Shown one piece after another: positions 18,627 through 28,258 of a stretch of DNA of 64,000 bases (positions within the stretch are counted from its first letter, which is position 1; every line of letters starts with the position of its first letter). The notes beneath the pieces are model-generated. The model was given only the letters and a program-made list of their open reading frames with translations, was not told where the DNA came from and searched no databases. The stretch comes from an uncultured Rhodospirillales bacterium. GTDB lineage: Bacteria; Pseudomonadota; Alphaproteobacteria; Rhodospirillales; JAPHRK01. The position numbers and the translations under genes are program-made. The DNA is taken from contig CBDUMN010000003.1 in the NCBI GenBank assembly GCA_965368335.1, positions 1,586 to 65,585 of the forward strand, read 5' to 3'.

Positions 18627-19232
18627 ATGACCAACCAAATCTTCAATCAATATCTCAAAACCCTGGCAGCCTGCCTAAGGGATTCCGAAGCCAGTACGCA
18701 AGATGGCGCACCCATGGAGATGGGAGACGCCATGGATTGGATCACCAACACAGCTAAAGCCGCCCATGAGCGGGGAAACAAGATGATGTTCGTCGGCAAC
18801 GGCGGGTCGTCGTCCATTTCCAGCCATCTTTCAGTGGATTTCGCCAAGAACGGCGGCATGCGGGCGATGACCGTTACCGATGCACCGATGCTCACTTGCC
18901 TGGGAAACGACCTGGGCTACGAGAATGTCTACGCCAAACCGGTCGAAATGTACGGCACGGCGGGCGACATGCTGGTCGCTATTTCCAGTTCCGGCGGCTC
19001 AGCCAATATTTTGAACGCCGTCGCCAAGGCGCGCGATATCGGCGCAAGCGTTCTGACTTTAAGCGGGTTCAAACCGGACAACCCCCTGCGCAGGTCCGGC
19101 GATGTGAACCTTTATGTCCCCTCTTACGAATACGGCTTCGTTGAAACAGCCCATACGGCCCTGCTCCACGCAGCGCTCGATCTAAGCATGGGCTGGACCG
19201 AGGAAGACGGCCTTTGGGAAAGAAAACAATGA
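18627..19232 (+). CDS. gmhA: SIS-domain phosphoheptose isomerase (GmhA-like)
   Basis: FVGNGGSSSISSHLSVDF and LVAISSSGGSANILNAV motifs. The ~200-aa size is typical of sedoheptulose-7-phosphate isomerase. Confidence 0.8.
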   Translation: MTNQIFNQYLKTLAACLRDSEASTQDGAPMEMGDAMDWITNTAKAAHERGNKMMFVGNGGSSSISSHLSVDFAKNGGMRAMTVTDAPMLTCLGNDLGYENVYAKPVEMYGTAGDMLVAISSSGGSANILNAVAKARDIGASVLTLSGFKPDNPLRRSGDVNLYVPSYEYGFVETAHTALLHAALDLSMGWTEEDGLWERKQ

Positions 19233-20233
19233 GCAATAAAAAAATCTGGAACGTCATGGTAACCGGCGGCGCCGGTTATGTTGGCTCCTCCCTGGTCCCC
19301 AAGCTTTTGGAAGAAGGTCACGGGGTCACGGTCCTCGATCTCTATCTCTATGGCGACGATATCTTTGAGGATCACCGCGACAACCCAAGACTACGTGAGG
19401 TTAAGGGCGACCTACGTGACATCGCAACCGTACGCAACGCCTTGAAGGGCTGCGATGCTGTCATTCATCTGGCCTGTATCTCAAACGATCCCTCCTACGA
19501 CCTCAATCCAGACCTTGGCAAATCGATCAACTACGACGCTTTTAGGCCGCTGGTTCGCGCCTCCAAAGAAGCAGGCGTTAAACGTTTTATCTATGCCTCA
19601 TCCTCATCGGTTTATGGCATCAAGGACGAAGCCCAGGTTACCGAAGACCTGCCGCTGGAGCCTTTGACCGACTACTCCAAGTTCAAAGCTCTCTGCGAAG
19701 AAGAGCTGGAGGAAGAACGCGAACCGGGTTTCGCCACGCTGGTTATCCGTCCTTCGACCGTCTGCGGCTACGCTCCCCGCCTGAGGCTCGACCTGACGGT
19801 CAATATCCTGACCAACCACGCCATCAACAAAGGCAAAATCACCGTATTCGGAGGCGCCCAGAAACGCCCCAACATTCATATCGACGATATGGTCGGCCTT
19901 TATCTTTTCGTGTTGCAGCAAGACGACGAGAAGATTGACGGCAAAATCTTCAATGCGGGATATGAAAACTTCACCGTCATGGAAATCGCCGAGATGGTGC
20001 GTGACGCCCTTGGGGGCGACATCGGCATTGATGTGACGCCCACCGACGACAACCGCTCCTATCATGTTTCATCCGACAAGATGAAAAAGGAACTGGGGTT
20101 CATGCCGCAGCATACGATTCTCGATGCGGTCAAGGAGCTGAAAGCAGCCTTTGAGGCAGGCAAGGTGCCGAACTCCATGGATGACCCTATCTATTTCAAC
20201 ATCAAGCTCATGCAGGACGTTGACCTGAAGTAA
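19229..20233 (+). CDS. NAD-dependent epimerase/dehydratase (extended SDR)
   Basis: TGGAGYVGS Rossmann motif and YSKFK YxxxK. ATG 19229 overlaps the gmhA-like stop (ATGA). The TTG at 19214 is less likely. Confidence 0.85.
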   Translation: MSNKKIWNVMVTGGAGYVGSSLVPKLLEEGHGVTVLDLYLYGDDIFEDHRDNPRLREVKGDLRDIATVRNALKGCDAVIHLACISNDPSYDLNPDLGKSINYDAFRPLVRASKEAGVKRFIYASSSSVYGIKDEAQVTEDLPLEPLTDYSKFKALCEEELEEEREPGFATLVIRPSTVCGYAPRLRLDLTVNILTNHAINKGKITVFGGAQKRPNIHIDDMVGLYLFVLQQDDEKIDGKIFNAGYENFTVMEIAEMVRDALGGDIGIDVTPTDDNRSYHVSSDKMKKELGFMPQHTILDAVKELKAAFEAGKVPNSMDDPIYFNIKLMQDVDLK

Positions 20234-20234
20234 C

Positions 20235-20852
20235 ATGCGGATTGGCATCGACTTCGACAACACCATCGCAAGCTACGACGCAGCTTTCCTCGCCGCGGCC
20301 CGAAACCAGGGCTTGATCGAAGAAAGCTTCACCGGAGGAAAGGCCGCGGTGCGCGACGCGATGCGAAGCCTCCAAGACGGTGAACGGAAATGGCAGACCC
20401 TTCAGGGCCGCGTCTATGGCGCTTTCATGGAACAGGCGGCCCTGATCCCCGGCGTGGCCGAGTTTCTGACAAAATGCAATAGGGCCCTGCTGGATGTTTT
20501 TATCGTCAGCCATAAGACCGAGTTCGGTCATTTCGACCCGGAGAAAGTCAACCTGCGCGACGCAGCCATGGCCTGGATGCACAAGCAGGGTTTCTTCGAC
20601 CCAGACAGGTTCAATCTTTCACCGCTCAATATTTACTTCGAGAGCACCCGCGCCGAGAAGTTGGCCCGCATCGGGGCGCTGGAACTCGATCTGTTTATCG
20701 ACGATCTACCGGAAGTGCTATCCGATCCAGACTTCCCAGACGGTCCTCAAAAGGTGCTCTACGATCCCGATGACATTGGCGCTGAACTACCATACGACAG
20801 GATCGCCCATTGGAACGTCTTAACCCAGGGAGTGTTCGATGGCGCCGCGTGA
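20235..20852 (+). CDS. HAD-superfamily hydrolase (putative sugar phosphatase, GmhB-analogous role inferred)
   Basis: N-terminal HAD motif I (IGIDFDNTIA) and a late acidic motif (LFIDDL). The role is inferred only from pathway context. Confidence 0.5.
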   Translation: MRIGIDFDNTIASYDAAFLAAARNQGLIEESFTGGKAAVRDAMRSLQDGERKWQTLQGRVYGAFMEQAALIPGVAEFLTKCNRALLDVFIVSHKTEFGHFDPEKVNLRDAAMAWMHKQGFFDPDRFNLSPLNIYFESTRAEKLARIGALELDLFIDDLPEVLSDPDFPDGPQKVLYDPDDIGAELPYDRIAHWNVLTQGVFDGAA

Positions 20853-21858
20853 GTATTCCCATCATACGGTTCGCGAGATCGGCGAAACATTAAGCGGCGA
20901 AGTCCTGCTCGATGTGGTTCACACGCGTCCCGGCGGCAACAACCGGATTTTTCAGCTCATCGGTGACAATCAGTCGTTTGCCTTAAAATTCTATCCAGCC
21001 CAGGACGAAGACCCTCGCGACCGACTGGGCAACGAATATGTCTTCCTCGATTTCCTTAAAAACTGCGGCATCCAACATGTGCCGGAGCCAATCATCCGCG
21101 ACGACACCAATTCCTGCGCCCTGTATAGCTGGGTTGAAGGCGAGGCTGTCGGCGAAGCGACGGATAAAGACGTTGAAGCGCTGGCTTGGTTTCTCATCGG
21201 TCTACAGCCTTTGAAACGTAAGCCGGAGGCCACACGGATTAACCCAGCATCCGCCGCCTGCCCGGCTCCCGATGACGCCTTCAAGCAACTGCACCAACGG
21301 CTTGAGTGCTTGAAAGAGGCTGGAAGCGAGCACCCTAGTCTCCATGAATTCCTCGAAAATGATTTCAAGCCCAAGGCTGAAGAGGTGACCGAACAAGCCC
21401 GGACGGCACTACAAGCCAGTGGAATCAACCCGGAGCGGTCGATGGCAGCAGAAAAACTCGCCATCAGCCCGTCCGATTTCGGCTTTCATAACGCTCTTCG
21501 CAATGAAAACGGCGGTTTGAGTTTTGTCGACTTCGAGTATGCCGGGTGGGATGATCCGGTAAAAGCCGTTGCGGACGCCATGCTGCATCCCGGCAGTGGA
21601 ATGAGCGAGGCACAGGCCGAACATTTCCGGGCTAAGATGTTTCCGGTTTTTGCAATCGATCCCAAGTTTGAAGAACGATTTAACGCACTCTACCCGGTCT
21701 ATGCCCTGATCTGGTGCCTCATCATTCTCAATGAATTTTTACCCGAACGCTGGACCCGTCGCCGCCTCGCCGGACAAGAGGCCGATCTGGCAACGATCCA
21801 GGACAGACAACTTGAGAAGGCCGCAACTTTGCTGACAAGGATTGCCCATGCCGCTTAA
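20839..21858 (+). CDS. APH/choline-kinase-family phosphotransferase
   Basis: Brenner/APH motif region SPSDFGFHNALRNENGGLSFVDFEYAGWDDPVKAVAD. It overlaps the HAD gene by 14 nt. Confidence 0.65.
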   Translation: MAPREYSHHTVREIGETLSGEVLLDVVHTRPGGNNRIFQLIGDNQSFALKFYPAQDEDPRDRLGNEYVFLDFLKNCGIQHVPEPIIRDDTNSCALYSWVEGEAVGEATDKDVEALAWFLIGLQPLKRKPEATRINPASAACPAPDDAFKQLHQRLECLKEAGSEHPSLHEFLENDFKPKAEEVTEQARTALQASGINPERSMAAEKLAISPSDFGFHNALRNENGGLSFVDFEYAGWDDPVKAVADAMLHPGSGMSEAQAEHFRAKMFPVFAIDPKFEERFNALYPVYALIWCLIILNEFLPERWTRRRLAGQEADLATIQDRQLEKAATLLTRIAHAA

Positions 21859-22693
21859 CCCGCCTTCGGGGGCCGAGCCCTTAGCCATGCCGCTCGACGA
21901 ACGATCCAAACATCTTCGCCGCTTAGCGCTTGGCTCCATGCTCTCGGCTGGACGCGGCCACTTGGGTCCAGCCATGAGTCTGATCGAAATTCTGCGCGTC
22001 CTCTATGACGACATCCTCCGCTATAAACCAGACAATCCTAAATGGGCCGGGCGAGACCGCTGCATTCTTTCCAAAGGCCATGGCTGCTTGGCGCTCTATG
22101 CCATTCTGGCCGACAAAGGTTTCTTCCCGGAAAGCGAATTGGCCAAGTTTTGCGCTTTCGATGGGTTGCTGGGCGGCCATCCGGAAGTGCTCGCCCCCGG
22201 TGTCGAGGCCAGCACAGGCGCACTAGGACACGGACTTTCCATCGGCGTCGGCATGGCGTTGGCCAATCGGATGAAAAAGCGTGACGGCAAGGTGGTCGTC
22301 GTGATGGGCGATGGCGAAATCAACGAAGGGTCCTGCTGGGAAGCAGCCATGGCGGCAGCCAAGCACGGGCTCGGCAATCTGACCGCCATCATCGACCATA
22401 ACAAAATCCAGTCCTACGGTCCGGTCAATGGGGTCCAGCCTCTCGAACCCCTGGCCGATAAATGGAGGGCCTTCGGCTTCGCCGTCGAGGAAGTGAATGG
22501 TCACGATGTGGCGGCCCTGCAAGAAACTTTAAAACGGCTACCCTTCACTTCGGACCGTCCCAGTGCGCTGATTTGTCATACGGTCAAAGGCAAGGGCATT
22601 CCACCCGCCGAAAACAATCCCACCTGGCACCACAAAAACAAGCTAAAGGATGAGGAACTCGCCCCCATCCGCGAAGCGCTTGGAGAGGGCTGA
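21842..22693 (+). CDS. transketolase, N-terminal (ThDP-binding) subunit
   Basis: GHLGPAMSLIEILRVLY, KGHGCLALYAILA and MGDGEINEGSCWEAAMAAAKHGLGNL motifs of split transketolases. A possible later start lies at 21887. Confidence 0.9.
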   Translation: MPMPLNPPSGAEPLAMPLDERSKHLRRLALGSMLSAGRGHLGPAMSLIEILRVLYDDILRYKPDNPKWAGRDRCILSKGHGCLALYAILADKGFFPESELAKFCAFDGLLGGHPEVLAPGVEASTGALGHGLSIGVGMALANRMKKRDGKVVVVMGDGEINEGSCWEAAMAAAKHGLGNLTAIIDHNKIQSYGPVNGVQPLEPLADKWRAFGFAVEEVNGHDVAALQETLKRLPFTSDRPSALICHTVKGKGIPPAENNPTWHHKNKLKDEELAPIREALGEG

Positions 22694-22697
22694 GACA

Positions 22698-23624
22698 ATG
22701 CGGAAAACAGCGCTCAACATGGTTCACGAACTGGCCCGCCAGGACGAGCGGGTGGTCTATATCGGCTCGGACCCCGGCCCCGGAACGCTTGACGAAATGC
22801 GCGAGGAATTCCCCGACCGTTTCTTCATCGAAGGAATTGCCGAAGCCAACGTGATCGGCATGGCTGCCGGGCTGGCCATGGAAGGTTATGTTCCCTACGT
22901 CAATACCATCGCCACCTTCCTGACCCGGCGTTGTTACGAACAACTGGCTATCGACCTTTGCCTGCATAAGCTGCCCGTCCGGCTGATCGGCAACGGCGGT
23001 GGGCTGGTCTATGCTCCCTTGGGCCCGACCCATCAGGCCATTGAAGACATAGCGATCACCCGCGCTCTGCCGAACATGACAGTCATCGCCCCGGCCGATG
23101 CCGACGAAATGCGCCGCATGGTTCCCCAGACTCTCGATGTGGAAGGGCCGGTTTATATCCGCCTCGCCAAAGGACATGACGAGATCGTCACCCAGGAAGA
23201 CCATGGCAACACCCTGGGCAAGGCGATTATGCACAGAGAACCGGGCGACGCGCTGCTCGTTACCACGGGTATTATGCTCCAGCGGGGCTTGAAAGCGGCC
23301 GAACTGCTGGCCGAAGATAGTATCGAGTGTGGCCTGCTCCATTGCCACACCATCAAACCCTTGGATGTCGAAACCCTGGCCCATGCCGCCCGTCGCGCCA
23401 AGGTCGTCATCACGGCCGAGGAACATCTAGTCTCCGGCGGCCTGGGCGGCGCGGTTCTTGAGGCTCTTTCCGACGCCATGCCGGGCGCCATGCCACCGAT
23501 TATCCGCAAGGGCATTCCCGATAAATTCACCCATCACTATGGCTCCCAGGATCTCCTGCTGGAACACTACGGCCTGCAAGCCCCCGGATTGGCCCAAACC
23601 GTCAAAGACGCGCTGTCGAAATAG
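22698..23624 (+). CDS. transketolase, C-terminal (pyrimidine-binding) subunit
   Basis: FIEGIAEANVIGMAAGLAMEGYVPYVNTIATFL and GPTHQAIEDIAITRALPNMTVIAPAD. ATG 22698 lies 2 nt after the upstream stop. Confidence 0.9.
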   Translation: MRKTALNMVHELARQDERVVYIGSDPGPGTLDEMREEFPDRFFIEGIAEANVIGMAAGLAMEGYVPYVNTIATFLTRRCYEQLAIDLCLHKLPVRLIGNGGGLVYAPLGPTHQAIEDIAITRALPNMTVIAPADADEMRRMVPQTLDVEGPVYIRLAKGHDEIVTQEDHGNTLGKAIMHREPGDALLVTTGIMLQRGLKAAELLAEDSIECGLLHCHTIKPLDVETLAHAARRAKVVITAEEHLVSGGLGGAVLEALSDAMPGAMPPIIRKGIPDKFTHHYGSQDLLLEHYGLQAPGLAQTVKDALSK

Positions 23625-23635
23625 GAACCTGCCCA

Positions 23636-24745
23636 ATGGTCGATAACGTTCGATATTCATACCTGCCCCAACAGTTCGCCGAAATCGACGACCTGTGGGA
23701 AGAGTTGAAAGCCTTCGTCCCCACCGGAGATTTCACCTTGGGCAAGCCGCTCACCGAATTCGAACAGCGTTTCGCCAAGCTGATCGGCTCTAAACATGCC
23801 ATTGGGGTCAATTCAGGCACCGACGCCATCAAGTTGGGGCTGAAAGCGCTCGGCGTCGGCTTCGGCGACGAAGTGATCACCACCGCAAATACCTTCATCG
23901 CCACCGTCGGCGCTATCGCCGAAATCGGCGCAACGCCGGTATTCGTCGATTGCGACGACACCTTTTGCATGAATGTCGGTCAGGTGGAAAGCACCGTCAC
24001 CGAGAAAACCAAGGCCATCGTGCCGGTCCATTTCACCGGCTATATGACCGACATGCGCAAACTCATGCCCATTGCCGAAAAGCACGGCCTTCCCATCGTC
24101 GAAGACGCCTGTCAGGGCATCCTCGCCGCCATCGAGGGGAAAAACGCCGGCACCTGGGGCCATACCGGAGCCTTTTCCCTCCATCCGTTGAAGAACCTCA
24201 ACGTCTGGTCTGACGGCGGCATTATCATCACCGACGACGACGAGCTGGACCGCAAACTACGGCTATTGCGCAATCACGGCATGAGAAACCGGGATGAAAT
24301 CGAACTCCTGGGCTATAACTCCAGGCTCGATACCATCCAGGCGGTGGTCGGCAACTGGCTGATCCCCCAAACCGAAGACATCGCCGCCAAGCGTATCGCC
24401 AATGCGGCCTATTATGACGATGCCTTCGGCGCGCTTTCGCAAATCCGTATCCCGCCGCGTCCCACCGATATGCGGCTGGTCTATCACCTCTATATCGTTT
24501 TCGCCGAAGACCGGGACGGCCTGTTGGAGCATTGCCTCAAAAAAGATATCGAAGCCAAAATCCACTATCCCATTCCACTCTATCAGCAGGATGGTCTGAA
24601 GCATCTGGGCTACACCCCGGGAGACTTCCCGGTCACTGATCGCCACACTCAGGAAATCATCACCTTCCCGGTCGATCAGCATATTTCGAAAGAAGAGATG
24701 GACTACGTGATCGCCACGGTTAAAGAGTACTATGGAGGCTCGTGA
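23636..24745 (+). CDS. DegT/DnrJ/EryC1/StrS-family sugar aminotransferase
   Basis: The family pattern GVNSGTDAIKLGLKALGVGFGDEVITTANTFIATVGAI, the SLHPLKNL lysine region, and LRNHG are present. Confidence 0.9.
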   Translation: MVDNVRYSYLPQQFAEIDDLWEELKAFVPTGDFTLGKPLTEFEQRFAKLIGSKHAIGVNSGTDAIKLGLKALGVGFGDEVITTANTFIATVGAIAEIGATPVFVDCDDTFCMNVGQVESTVTEKTKAIVPVHFTGYMTDMRKLMPIAEKHGLPIVEDACQGILAAIEGKNAGTWGHTGAFSLHPLKNLNVWSDGGIIITDDDELDRKLRLLRNHGMRNRDEIELLGYNSRLDTIQAVVGNWLIPQTEDIAAKRIANAAYYDDAFGALSQIRIPPRPTDMRLVYHLYIVFAEDRDGLLEHCLKKDIEAKIHYPIPLYQQDGLKHLGYTPGDFPVTDRHTQEIITFPVDQHISKEEMDYVIATVKEYYGGS

Positions 24746-25853
24746 GGTGAGCAGCTTGAAAATCCCCTACGTCAATTTCAAGGCTCAGTATGAAGCCGAG
24801 AAAGACGATCTCGCCCGGATAACCGACGAGGTTTTCGCTTCCGGCTGGCTGATCGGCGGCGAGCAGGTAGAAAGGCTGGAGGCTGAGCTTGCCACCTATT
24901 GCGGGGTCGAGCATACCGTGGCGCTCAACTCCGGCACCGACGCATTGATCCTCGGCATGAAGGCCCTGGAAATTGGTCCCGGCGACGAGGTCATTACGCC
25001 GCCCAACTCTTTCGTCGCCTCGACCGCCGCCATCATCGCCGTCGGCGCAACGCCGGTTTTTGCCGATGTAGGCGACGGCATCAACATCGACCCAACCAAA
25101 ATTGAAGACGCCATGACGGCCAAAACCAAGGCGATCATGCCGGTCCACCTTTCGGGCCGCATCGCGGACATGGACGCCATCAACGCCATCGCTAAGCAGC
25201 ATGGCCTTTACATCATCGAAGACGCCGCCCAGTCGGTGGGATCAACCTACAAAGGCAAAAAAAGCGGCAGTCTCGGGACCCTCGGATGTTTTTCCGCCCA
25301 TCCCTTAAAAAACCTCAATGCGGCAGGCGACGCCGGTTTCCTGACCACCAACAACGCAGGCATCGCGGAACGTATCAAGCTCCTGCGCAACCATGGCCTT
25401 AAAGACCGCAATACGGTGGTCGAATGGGGCACGGTTTCGCGGCTCGACAGCCTCCAGGCGGCCATCCTGCGCTATCGGCTTGGCAACATTGAGGCCACAA
25501 TTCGAGCCCGCCGAAACAATGCCCAACGCTACCGTGAGAAATTAGGCGGCAAGGGTTTTGAGTTGCCGCTCGGCAAGGAGCATGAGTTCAATACCTTCCA
25601 TACCTTTATCATCCATGCCGAACGGCGCGATGAACTGCAGGCCTACCTGCTGGAGCAAGGCATTGAAACGGCGATCCACTACCCGATCCCCATTCACCTG
25701 CAACCGGCGGCCCGAAGCCTCCGCTATAAAGAGGGCGATTTCCCAGTCTGTGAAGCCCAGGCGAAACGTATCCTCTCCTTGCCCATCCACCAGTATCTCA
25801 GCTACCAAGAAATCGATTTGGTGGCTGAATTAGTAAACCGTTTTTACAAATAG
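24732..25853 (+). CDS. DegT/DnrJ/EryC1/StrS-family sugar aminotransferase (second copy)
   Basis: LNSGTDALILGMKALEIGPGDEVITPPNSFVASTAAI, SAHPLKNL and LRNHG. It overlaps the previous gene by 14 nt. Confidence 0.9.
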   Translation: MEAREVSSLKIPYVNFKAQYEAEKDDLARITDEVFASGWLIGGEQVERLEAELATYCGVEHTVALNSGTDALILGMKALEIGPGDEVITPPNSFVASTAAIIAVGATPVFADVGDGINIDPTKIEDAMTAKTKAIMPVHLSGRIADMDAINAIAKQHGLYIIEDAAQSVGSTYKGKKSGSLGTLGCFSAHPLKNLNAAGDAGFLTTNNAGIAERIKLLRNHGLKDRNTVVEWGTVSRLDSLQAAILRYRLGNIEATIRARRNNAQRYREKLGGKGFELPLGKEHEFNTFHTFIIHAERRDELQAYLLEQGIETAIHYPIPIHLQPAARSLRYKEGDFPVCEAQAKRILSLPIHQYLSYQEIDLVAELVNRFYK

Positions 25854-25861
25854 GCGAAACC

Positions 25862-26704
25862 ATGGCGAAAAGAGTTCTTTTGTTTGGCTACACCGGCAAA
25901 TTGGGCCGAGCGCTGCATAAAGCCCTGGCAGACGACTTCGAGGTTACCGGCAAAAACACTTCAGATTTCGACGCCATGGATTTTGCCAGCGCGGATAAGC
26001 TGATCGACGAGATTCAGCCGGAAATTATCATCAATCCAGTCGCTTATCTGGGTATCGACGCCTGTGAGCAAAACCCATACCCTGCCTCTGTCATCAATAC
26101 GCTGTTTCCGCAACATTTGGCGCGGCGTTGCTTGGAAACGGAAGCATCTCTCGTACAATTCTCCACCGAGTCGGTTTTTTCGGGAAAGTTGAAACGGCCA
26201 ATTAGCGAAGAGGATACGCCCGACCCTGCCAATAACTATGGTTTCACCAAGTACATGTCGGAAGTGACCGTCCGGGACACCCTGGAAACCCATTATATTT
26301 TCCGCCTGCCCGTTCTGTTTGGCGAAAACCCACGTCGCAATCAGTTTGTCGAAAAGATGCTCGACATGGGCAAAGAGCGTGGAAGCTTGCGCATTGCCGA
26401 CGATATTATTACCGCACCCACCTATGCCAAGGATGTTGCCGAACGCATCGCGATCATGCTCAAGGGAAAGCCCCCCTTCGGACTCTACCACCTCGCCAAC
26501 GCAGGTCAGGCCACACTTTACGAGATGATAAACGAAACCGTCGCCAATCTGGGCCTCGACATTGAGATCAAGCGGGCGTCGCTCAATGACTTCCCGAGCA
26601 TTGGCAACAAAAACACCATTACGCCCTTAAAAACCATCAAGACCACCCCTCTGCGTCCTTGGCGGGAAGCCTTGGCTGAGTATTGTGCAGAACACGAAAA
26701 ATGA
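25862..26704 (+). CDS. RmlD-like (dTDP-4-dehydrorhamnose reductase family) sugar-nucleotide reductase
   Basis: 280 aa with FGYTGKLG nucleotide-binding start and YGFTK YxxxK, giving an RmlD substrate-binding-domain-like layout. Confidence 0.7.
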   Translation: MAKRVLLFGYTGKLGRALHKALADDFEVTGKNTSDFDAMDFASADKLIDEIQPEIIINPVAYLGIDACEQNPYPASVINTLFPQHLARRCLETEASLVQFSTESVFSGKLKRPISEEDTPDPANNYGFTKYMSEVTVRDTLETHYIFRLPVLFGENPRRNQFVEKMLDMGKERGSLRIADDIITAPTYAKDVAERIAIMLKGKPPFGLYHLANAGQATLYEMINETVANLGLDIEIKRASLNDFPSIGNKNTITPLKTIKTTPLRPWREALAEYCAEHEK

Positions 26705-26862
26705 ATATGAGAATCATTCACAAAACAATCGCTTTTTAAGCTTTTCTTGAGGGTTTTTGTGCCCATATAGAAGGCTGCGGTTTTTATCGGCACAAGCACA
26801 GCGCCGACAAGGAATAGGGCCTGGACAGAATATCCCGGCCATACGTGACCAGGAGTAACAGA

Positions 26863-28230
26863 ATGTCTCACATCACGACGGAACAGGTCCGCGACGCTCT
26901 CAAATCAATCACCGATCCGGATAGCGGGGCCGATATCGTCAGCCGCGGTATGATTTCGGAAATCGCCATTCACGGTCGCAAAGTCAGCTTTGCAATTATG
27001 GTCAATGGTGAGGGCGGCGAACGGATGGAACCAATCCGCAAGGCTGCCGAAGACATTGTTTCAAAAATTTCAGGTGTCGCTCAGGCCCATGTGGCCCTGA
27101 CCGCCGAACGCGCACCAACCATGCCCAACGCGGACGCGCGTAAACTCGACAAATACAAAATGGACGGCAACAAGATGCTCTGGCATATGGAGCGCGTCCA
27201 AGCCTGGAAAAACGGTGAGCGCATTGCTCCGCTACACATCGACGTCGGACTTTCAAAGGGTTGCAACATCCGCTGCCAATACTGTTATGGCGTGACCCAG
27301 GGCAATTTTTTCCGCAAAGGCTCAGAGCGCGTTTTCCCACGCGACGCACTGCTCCAGTACATGCAGGATTGCGGCGACCTCGGCGTGCGCTCTATCGCAT
27401 TGATCGGCGAAGCGGAACCCACGCTAAACCCGGCCGTTTACGAGGCCATCGCCACCGGCAAGAAAGCTGGGGTCGACATGTCGATGGGCACCAACGGCGT
27501 TTTGTTCGACACAACCAAGGTCGGTGAAGAAGCCCTGGAACATCTTACTTGGCTGCGCTTTAATATTTCCGCCGGGTCCGACTACGCCTACCGGCGCGTC
27601 CATGCTTCCAAAGAATTCAATACGGTGGTCGAAAAAATCCGCTTCACCGTCGAGACCAAGCGGAAACTCAACCTCGACACCACCGTCGGCCTACAGATGG
27701 TCCTCACCCCTCAAAATGTCGATCAGGCCGTTCCACTCGCCCAACTCGGCGCCGAGTTGGAAGTGGACTATCTGGTCATCAAGCAGTGCTCGGACACTCA
27801 GGAAGGTGACATCGGGGTCTATGACCAACTCGAGGTTTATCACGACTTCAGCGAAACCCTGCACCAAGCCGAAACCTTTTCCAATGACCACTACAACGTG
27901 ATCGTCAAATGGGACAAGATCACCAACGAAGGGCATCGAGAATACGACAACTGTCTCGGCACGCCTTTCCTGCTCTATTCCTCCGGCGACGGCAAGCTCT
28001 ACCCCTGCGGTCAGTGGTTTGGTTACCGCGAAGAAGAATTCCGCTTGGCCGACTTAACCCAGACGACCTTTAAGGAAGCCATCGAAAGCGATGCCTACTG
28101 GGACATCATCAAAAAGCAGGCCTGTCATGTGGACGTGCATAAAGAGTGCTACTCCAACTGCCGCACCCACTCGATCAACGATTTCCTGTGGAACTTCAGC
28201 CACCCACCGGCACATGTGAATTTCGTTTAA
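26863..28230 (+). CDS. DUF59/MIP18-like domain fused to a radical SAM enzyme
   Basis: AGGAG lies 7 nt upstream of ATG 26863. The N-terminal ~85 aa resemble the Mrp/ApbC N-terminal DUF59 (VRDALKSITDPDSGADIVSRGMISEIAIHGRKVSFAI). The radical SAM CxxxCxxC motif is GCNIRCQYCYG (Cys codons at 27262, 27274 and 27283). Confidence 0.75.
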   Translation: MSHITTEQVRDALKSITDPDSGADIVSRGMISEIAIHGRKVSFAIMVNGEGGERMEPIRKAAEDIVSKISGVAQAHVALTAERAPTMPNADARKLDKYKMDGNKMLWHMERVQAWKNGERIAPLHIDVGLSKGCNIRCQYCYGVTQGNFFRKGSERVFPRDALLQYMQDCGDLGVRSIALIGEAEPTLNPAVYEAIATGKKAGVDMSMGTNGVLFDTTKVGEEALEHLTWLRFNISAGSDYAYRRVHASKEFNTVVEKIRFTVETKRKLNLDTTVGLQMVLTPQNVDQAVPLAQLGAELEVDYLVIKQCSDTQEGDIGVYDQLEVYHDFSETLHQAETFSNDHYNVIVKWDKITNEGHREYDNCLGTPFLLYSSGDGKLYPCGQWFGYREEEFRLADLTQTTFKEAIESDAYWDIIKKQACHVDVHKECYSNCRTHSINDFLWNFSHPPAHVNFV

Positions 28231-28258
28231 GACGGCAATTTGCAGATCCATTAGAGAA

